Sequence record: SRR31156797_5041
Length of the DNA stretch: 32,850 nt
Reading direction: 5' to 3' (one strand)
Shown here: one piece after another, positions 28,385 through 32,850 of the stretch
Position numbering within the stretch: the first letter of the stretch is position 1
Layout: every line of letters begins with the position of its first letter
Translations under genes and position numbers: made by a program
The notes under the pieces: model-generated
The model's database searches: none
What the model saw: only the letters and a program-made list of their open reading frames with translations
Told to the model about the DNA's origin: nothing

Positions 28385-29650
28385 TTATCGAACGGTAGCT
28401 ATACGCGAGCGCACAGGAATATTTTTCGAATTGAGGCCGGGAGTTTGTCCATGCAGGTCGAAGTCGAGGTTCACTTCGGGCCTGAAGATGAGTACGTGCG
28501 TTGAGCCTCCGAAATGAAACATACCTAGCTGATCTCCTTTATTTACATGTTGTCCCTCATAAACTGTGATTTCGTTTGAAGAAACCTCTGCCATGCCGAC
28601 AAACATGACTGCCATTAAGCCGATGTCCGGATTGTCAGCTTCAATAAAGATCAAGGCCCGGGCTGCAACTTGAGTGATGTAGCCCTGAGATCCGTTGGGG
28701 CTGGCCGGATCAAATCCAACTGTTGGGGATTGGGCGTAATAGGACCCGTCGATTAATTTTGTTTTTACAATCCTGCCGCTGACCGGGCTGTGCCAACGAT
28801 GGTAGCTGAGTGCGCTTAAAAAAGCTTGATAGATGGTTCCGCCTTTGAATTTTGCTGCCAGTGGGTCAGCATCAAGCATGTGGTAGAGCGAATACGGTTG
28901 ACCTTTTATCCAGAATTTGTCTCGCATTTTTATGTTCTTGGCCAGATTGAACGGTGCTGATTCACAGGCGTTTGCGATGACGGAATCATTGTTGGGTGCG
29001 GCAACCGGGCGGCGCCCTTTGCGGAACTGGCGGGTGAAAAAGTCGTCCCATGAGGTGAATCCGTGGTATTGCTTGGTCGGATCGCAGATGAAGTCTTTTT
29101 CAAAGTCTGGCATAGCCTTTTGAGCATCGCGACCAAACCACCCCTTTTTCGGGTCTTTGCTAAGTACGTATCTGGAATCCTGTGACCCGAGGAAGACTGC
29201 CCATTGGTTGAGTATCTTTTTCAGTTGTGCGTTGACCCGTCTGTCAAGAAAAGCACTTGTTCCGGCTGATGTTCCCATGGGCCAGTTTAAAATGGAGTTG
29301 ATGGGAAAACCCACCATAGCGGTCTTGTTGAATTCAGGTGCCTGTTGTGAAATTTTACTCAGTTTTCTCAACATCTGTTTATAGTCATGGATTTGTGGAT
29401 TACCAGCCGGATCTTTTTTGAACTTCGGTTTGTCGGGAATCATCTCGAACATTTGCGTGAAAAGCATAAGCAGTTCTGGATCGCTTTCAATAAGTTCTTT
29501 GAATTCCTGCACGACGGGAATCAGCTGCGGGGTATCCTTTAAAACAGCAGTTTGAGACGCTCCGTTTGCTGAGACTGAAATACCAAGGCATAAAAGCAGA
29601 CCGCAAAAAAAAACTATAAGATTTTTAGTCCAATACCGATTACATGTCAT
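28385..29650 (-). CDS. Phosphatidylserine decarboxylase-family pyruvoyl enzyme (PsiD/PSDC type) with N-terminal signal peptide
   Basis: FFTR, YHRWHSPV.G, VGMAEVSS, KGDQLGMFHFGGST (self-cleavage) and VGFPIN..L.WPM.T. ATG 29650 follows GGAGG. Confidence 0.82.
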   Translation of the reverse strand: MTCNRYWTKNLIVFFCGLLLCLGISVSANGASQTAVLKDTPQLIPVVQEFKELIESDPELLMLFTQMFEMIPDKPKFKKDPAGNPQIHDYKQMLRKLSKISQQAPEFNKTAMVGFPINSILNWPMGTSAGTSAFLDRRVNAQLKKILNQWAVFLGSQDSRYVLSKDPKKGWFGRDAQKAMPDFEKDFICDPTKQYHGFTSWDDFFTRQFRKGRRPVAAPNNDSVIANACESAPFNLAKNIKMRDKFWIKGQPYSLYHMLDADPLAAKFKGGTIYQAFLSALSYHRWHSPVSGRIVKTKLIDGSYYAQSPTVGFDPASPNGSQGYITQVAARALIFIEADNPDIGLMAVMFVGMAEVSSNEITVYEGQHVNKGDQLGMFHFGGSTHVLIFRPEVNLDFDLHGQTPGLNSKNIPVRSRIATVR

Positions 29651-29750
29651 TTTCAAACCTCCGGCTTGAGTTATTGAAGGCAAGGTTGGATGATTGAATA
29701 TCATTCCCCTTATAGCCTGCTGGAGATAATGTTGCCAAGCATGATAAGTA

Positions 29751-29790
29751 AAAAGGGCTGCCCTGAGTTGGATAACTCAGAGCAGCCCTT
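29751..29790 (-). terminator. Intrinsic terminator of the sulfur carrier-TtuA-GT2 operon
   Basis: AAGGGCTGC.CTGAGTT/AACTCAG.GCAGCCCTT stem with a U-tract on the minus strand. Confidence 0.8.
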
Positions 29791-29825
29791 GAAAAAGGAT
29801 CTATTTATTGGTGCAGCCTTTTTAT

Positions 29826-30845
29826 TTACGAAACCAGCAGGTAATCCTGCCCCATCACATAGTCGCGCGCATCCAAGAATTCGGCTACCTCATCCCGTGC
29901 CCCCCAGCTGGCCACGTAGGAGAGTAGGAAGGTGTTTCCTGCTGCGGGTATTTCCTCGCGGTGGAGAACCTTTTTGCCGTGGATGAGCATGCCTACCTTG
30001 CGCGGGTCCACGTCGACGTAGAAGGCCGTTTCCACGCCTAGATTTTCCAGCATTTGGTAACGTTTGCGGGAGGTCCTGCCAGAGCCGATAATCCCAACTT
30101 TGGGGTTGGGGCCGAGTCTTTTTTGCAACCAGTTAAACAGATATTCGCTCTTGATGCGGTAGAAGGCTTCAATAGTATATTTGGGGTGGTTGCGGGATAA
30201 GCGGTCAGGTGGATCATTCCAGATGAGCAGTTCTTCATCCACTTTGCGCATTTTTACCCCGGCTTCCAGCCAGCGCAGAACTAGTTCGTAATCTTCGGGA
30301 AAATCACCGTCACGGAACGGGCCGTGTTTTTCAACAAGTTCCCTGCGCATCATGATGGACGGGTTGGCGAAAGGAAATTCCACAAAACGGTTCAGAGAAA
30401 TTTCATCCGCACCAACCAAGGTGTTGATCCAGTCCACGTAATGGGCGTAGCCGCCGTTCTTATCGCGGTCACCGCCGAAACCTACTCGGCAGGCAGTCAG
30501 TCCGGTTTCAGGGTCGCGGTCCAGCAGGTTGGCTTGTTTTGCAATCCGTTCGGGCAGGGCAAGGTCATCAGCGTCCATGCGCGCAATGTAGTTCCCGGAT
30601 GCTGCCTTAATAGCTGCATTGGCCGCACCGACCACTCCCTGATGTGCAAGGAAGATCGGTTTTAAGCGTGAATCACGGGCGGCGTATCTTTTGAGAATTT
30701 CAGCAGTATTGTCATCGGAACCATCATCCACGGCCACCAGTTCGAGCTTTTCGAAGGTTTGGCCGAGGATGCTTTCAATTGCTGCGCCCACAGTGGACCC
30801 ACAATTGTAACAGGGCATGGTTACCGAGACTTTGGGGTTGCTCAT
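29826..30845 (-). CDS. Family 2 glycosyltransferase, B3GNTL1/QTGAL-like
   Basis: GT-A fold motifs VS..MPCYN, VDDGS.D, RMDADD and PEDY, plus an additional C-terminal Rossmann-like domain (IIGSG, YVDVDPRK). Confidence 0.85.
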   Translation of the reverse strand: MSNPKVSVTMPCYNCGSTVGAAIESILGQTFEKLELVAVDDGSDDNTAEILKRYAARDSRLKPIFLAHQGVVGAANAAIKAASGNYIARMDADDLALPERIAKQANLLDRDPETGLTACRVGFGGDRDKNGGYAHYVDWINTLVGADEISLNRFVEFPFANPSIMMRRELVEKHGPFRDGDFPEDYELVLRWLEAGVKMRKVDEELLIWNDPPDRLSRNHPKYTIEAFYRIKSEYLFNWLQKRLGPNPKVGIIGSGRTSRKRYQMLENLGVETAFYVDVDPRKVGMLIHGKKVLHREEIPAAGNTFLLSYVASWGARDEVAEFLDARDYVMGQDYLLVS

Positions 30846-30847
30846 GC

Positions 30848-31780
30848 CTATTCTGCTCCGATGGATTCCTGTTCGATAGATTCCTGCAACTGGCGTTTAA
30901 GCCTGCAAATACTGCATACTCCTGCTGAAGTAGGGTATCCGCATTCTGTACAGGGATTGATTTCGTAATTTTTTGCTTCTTTTTCAATGGCTGAGAAAGC
31001 AGGCTGCCCGCGATCAAGAAATCCTTTGTAGAATGCACGCTTGGTACCGGGGCTGCGCAGTTCCATATCCCGCCAGAGCTTTTTATGCCCGGTGAAGCTG
31101 GCTCCAGAACTGTAGGGGCAGGGCAGGTGATGATAGGGAATGTCTGCCAGAAAGGAGAATATGGCACTTTCATATTCTGTTACCCGAAAAAGGGGCTTTA
31201 CCTTCTTGGCAAAACCATTCTCTGCAGGCAGTACCGGGCCCTGGTCGGAAAGGTAGCCCTGATCCCAGCGCAAAGTGTTGGCGAAGAGGCGGGCTACTTC
31301 ATCATCAAGGTTATGTCCGGTTGCGAGGGCGGTGTAGCCTTCTTCAATGGCAACTTTGTTGAAATAGTGGCGTTTGAATTTTCCACAGATGGCGCAGATA
31401 GGACGGCGGATGTGTTTTTTGATTAGCGGCATGGGCACGCCTTCTTTTTCCAGCTCCACTATCCGAAGTGGGTAGCCCTTGTCTTTGCAGAAATCTTCTA
31501 CCACGGCACGAGCCTTAATGGATGATTCAAAAATACCCAGATCAATGTGCAGTCCGGTTACATCGTAGCCCAGTTCAGCCAGTGCATACATGAGTCCGAG
31601 GGAATCTTTGCCGCCGGAAAGTGCGACCAGTACTTTGTCATCGCGTTCAAGTAGTTTGCGGTTTTTGATACCCTGCGCGACTTGCTTCATGAAAAAAGTA
31701 TTAAAATGTTCCTTACAGAACGCGGCATTATGACTGGGCAGCGCGACAACAGCCTTTGCTTTGCATACCTTACATTTCAT
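30848..31780 (-). CDS. ttuA: TtuA/Ctu1-type tRNA 2-thiolation enzyme (PP-loop, Fe-S)
   Basis: N-terminal CxxC...CxxH Zn finger, SGGKDS, CAIC, TGHNLDD, KPL, CPY and a C-terminal CxxC...CxxC Zn finger. Confidence 0.8.
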   Translation of the reverse strand: MKCKVCKAKAVVALPSHNAAFCKEHFNTFFMKQVAQGIKNRKLLERDDKVLVALSGGKDSLGLMYALAELGYDVTGLHIDLGIFESSIKARAVVEDFCKDKGYPLRIVELEKEGVPMPLIKKHIRRPICAICGKFKRHYFNKVAIEEGYTALATGHNLDDEVARLFANTLRWDQGYLSDQGPVLPAENGFAKKVKPLFRVTEYESAIFSFLADIPYHHLPCPYSSGASFTGHKKLWRDMELRSPGTKRAFYKGFLDRGQPAFSAIEKEAKNYEINPCTECGYPTSAGVCSICRLKRQLQESIEQESIGAE

Positions 31781-31784
31781 ATCA

Positions 31785-31982
31785 TTATCCTACGGAAATT
31801 ACTTTTCTGAGTTCAATTTCATCACCCTGCCTGATCGGTTCATCCTGAGTGAGCAGTTCTCCGTCGCGGATGACCAGAGTATCAGTATGGTGCAGGCCCT
31901 GCTTGTTGAGCAATTGCAGGACGGTATTTAATTTTGTGTATTCTACTGTCTGGCCTTCGGGCTCGATTTTGATAATTACCAT
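31785..31982 (-). CDS. ThiS/MoaD/TtuB-like ubiquitin-fold sulfur carrier (65 aa)
   Basis: ATG 31982 after AAGGAG, TV.QLL...GL.....LVIRDGELL..D..I..GDEIE pattern, and the C-terminus ISVG. Confidence 0.78.
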   Translation of the reverse strand: MVIIKIEPEGQTVEYTKLNTVLQLLNKQGLHHTDTLVIRDGELLTQDEPIRQGDEIELRKVISVG

Positions 31983-32302
31983 GGTCAGACTCCTTTTTTC
32001 TTTTTTATATGATAAGATGTGTCCGAGGCCTAGGGGTTTAGCGTTTAAGAGCGTTTTCAGCAAGCTTTTCCTACTGGAGTGAGGGAGAATTTTTTGGTCG
32101 CAGGTTACGATCAAGGAAAAATAGAAAAAAATGCAGCCAGAACAGGAAAACATTGTTATTCTATGTTAGAATTAAGGTATCAATTGGAAGTGCGCAATCC
32201 ATTCAGGGCATGGAATTAAAAAAAAGCCTATAAATGTTGACCCGAACTTGAATATTGAACTAAACTGGCAATAATAAAAAAACGACTTTCAAGGAGTTGC
32301 AT

Positions 32303-32662
32303 ATGGCTCAGAAGACAATTTTAGTCGTTGACGACGAAAAGCATATACGGATGCTCTACAGGGAAGAGCTTGAGGCCGGAGGTTATAAAGTTGCCACTTC
32401 TGATGGGACCGAAGAGATTCTTTTGGTCATCGGACGTGAGAAACCGGACCTTGTGGTTCTGGATATTAAGCTGGGTATTAATAGGTCCGGGCTGGACTTG
32501 TTACAGGAGATAAGACAGGAGGATCAGAACCTTCCTGTTATCCTCAGTACTGCCTATGACAGCTTCAAACATGATATGAAGTCCATTGCGGCTGATCACT
32601 ATGTGGTGAAATCCGTTGATTTGAGTGAGCTGAAGGAGAAAGTTAAGCTTGCATTGAGCTGA
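32303..32662 (+). CDS. Single-domain response regulator
   Basis: ILVVDDE, PDLVVLDI, SGLDLL, ILSTAY and YVVKS. ATG 32303 follows AAGGAG. Confidence 0.88.
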   Translation: MAQKTILVVDDEKHIRMLYREELEAGGYKVATSDGTEEILLVIGREKPDLVVLDIKLGINRSGLDLLQEIRQEDQNLPVILSTAYDSFKHDMKSIAADHYVVKSVDLSELKEKVKLALS

Positions 32663-32713
32663 TTTTCTGCTCAGCGAACATAGGCTGAGTAGTAAAATAA
32701 TTAAACTTTTTTT

Positions 32714-32742
32714 AGGAATCTATGAAAATAGGTTCCTTTTTT
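32714..32742 (+). terminator. Intrinsic terminator
   Basis: AGGAATCTAT-GAAA-ATAGGTTCCT followed by TTTTT. A second hairpin lies at 32667-32692. Confidence 0.7.
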
Positions 32743-32744
32743 AC

Positions 32745-32773
32745 TTGCCAAACTAAAATGACGGTGCTAGAAC
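32745..32773 (+). promoter_or_regulatory. sigma70 promoter of the tRNA
   Basis: TTGCCA-N17-TAGAAC with an extended TGn and a GC-rich discriminator. Confidence 0.65.
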
Positions 32774-32822
32774 CCGCTTGTCTTTGACGGCAGAGATGCC
32801 TCAAGGCAACCAAAATAAATGC

Positions 32823-32850
32823 AGGCCAGTAGTTCCAACGGCTAGAACGT
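32823..32850 (+). tRNA. 5' part of a tRNA, probably tRNA-Trp (truncated by the window)
   Basis: AGGCCAG-TA-GTTC-CAACGGCTA-GAAC-G gives a 7-nt acceptor strand, U8A9 and a D-arm with GG. The AGG start is typical of tRNA-Trp, but the anticodon is outside the window. Confidence 0.75.

Noticed and set aside
29651-29704. Longer start for the decarboxylase
   Set aside because: The GGAGG SD and signal-peptide position support ATG 29650.
31983-32153. N-terminal extension of the sulfur-carrier ORF (122 aa in the track)
   Set aside because: A strong AAGGAG precedes ATG 31982, and the ubiquitin-like fold begins there.
1-32850. CRISPR arrays, transposases, integrases, prophage or defence genes
   Set aside because: No regularly spaced repeats or matching protein motifs were seen.

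Overview
A gene-dense bacterial chromosomal window. Gene content and protein style suggest a Desulfovibrionaceae sulfate reducer, possibly Maridesulfovibrio (inference, not verified). Housekeeping and transport genes include a threonine aldolase, znuCB-like ABC subunits, an asnB-like amidotransferase, gmhA, a GH3 lipoprotein, icd, an RND pump, a class I aminotransferase and pabABC. Motility and signalling genes include an MCP, a PAS histidine kinase, two lone receivers, a flagellin and a PilZ protein. The 5' end of a probable tRNA-Trp lies at the right edge. No intact mobile element or CRISPR array was seen. Four items stand out. (1) A tight operon of a ubiquitin-like sulfur carrier, a TtuA-type tRNA thiolase and a GT2 enzyme that appears to match the animal queuosine-tRNA galactosyltransferase QTGAL/B3GNTL1 over its full length. 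(2) An approximately 460-nt highly structured leader between a sigma54 promoter and the flagellin gene, ending in two CsrA-type ANGGAN hexaloop hairpins. (3) A signal-peptide-bearing PsiD-like pyruvoyl decarboxylase. (4) A C-type lectin lipoprotein. All homology calls come from motif recognition and recalled sequences; no searches were run.
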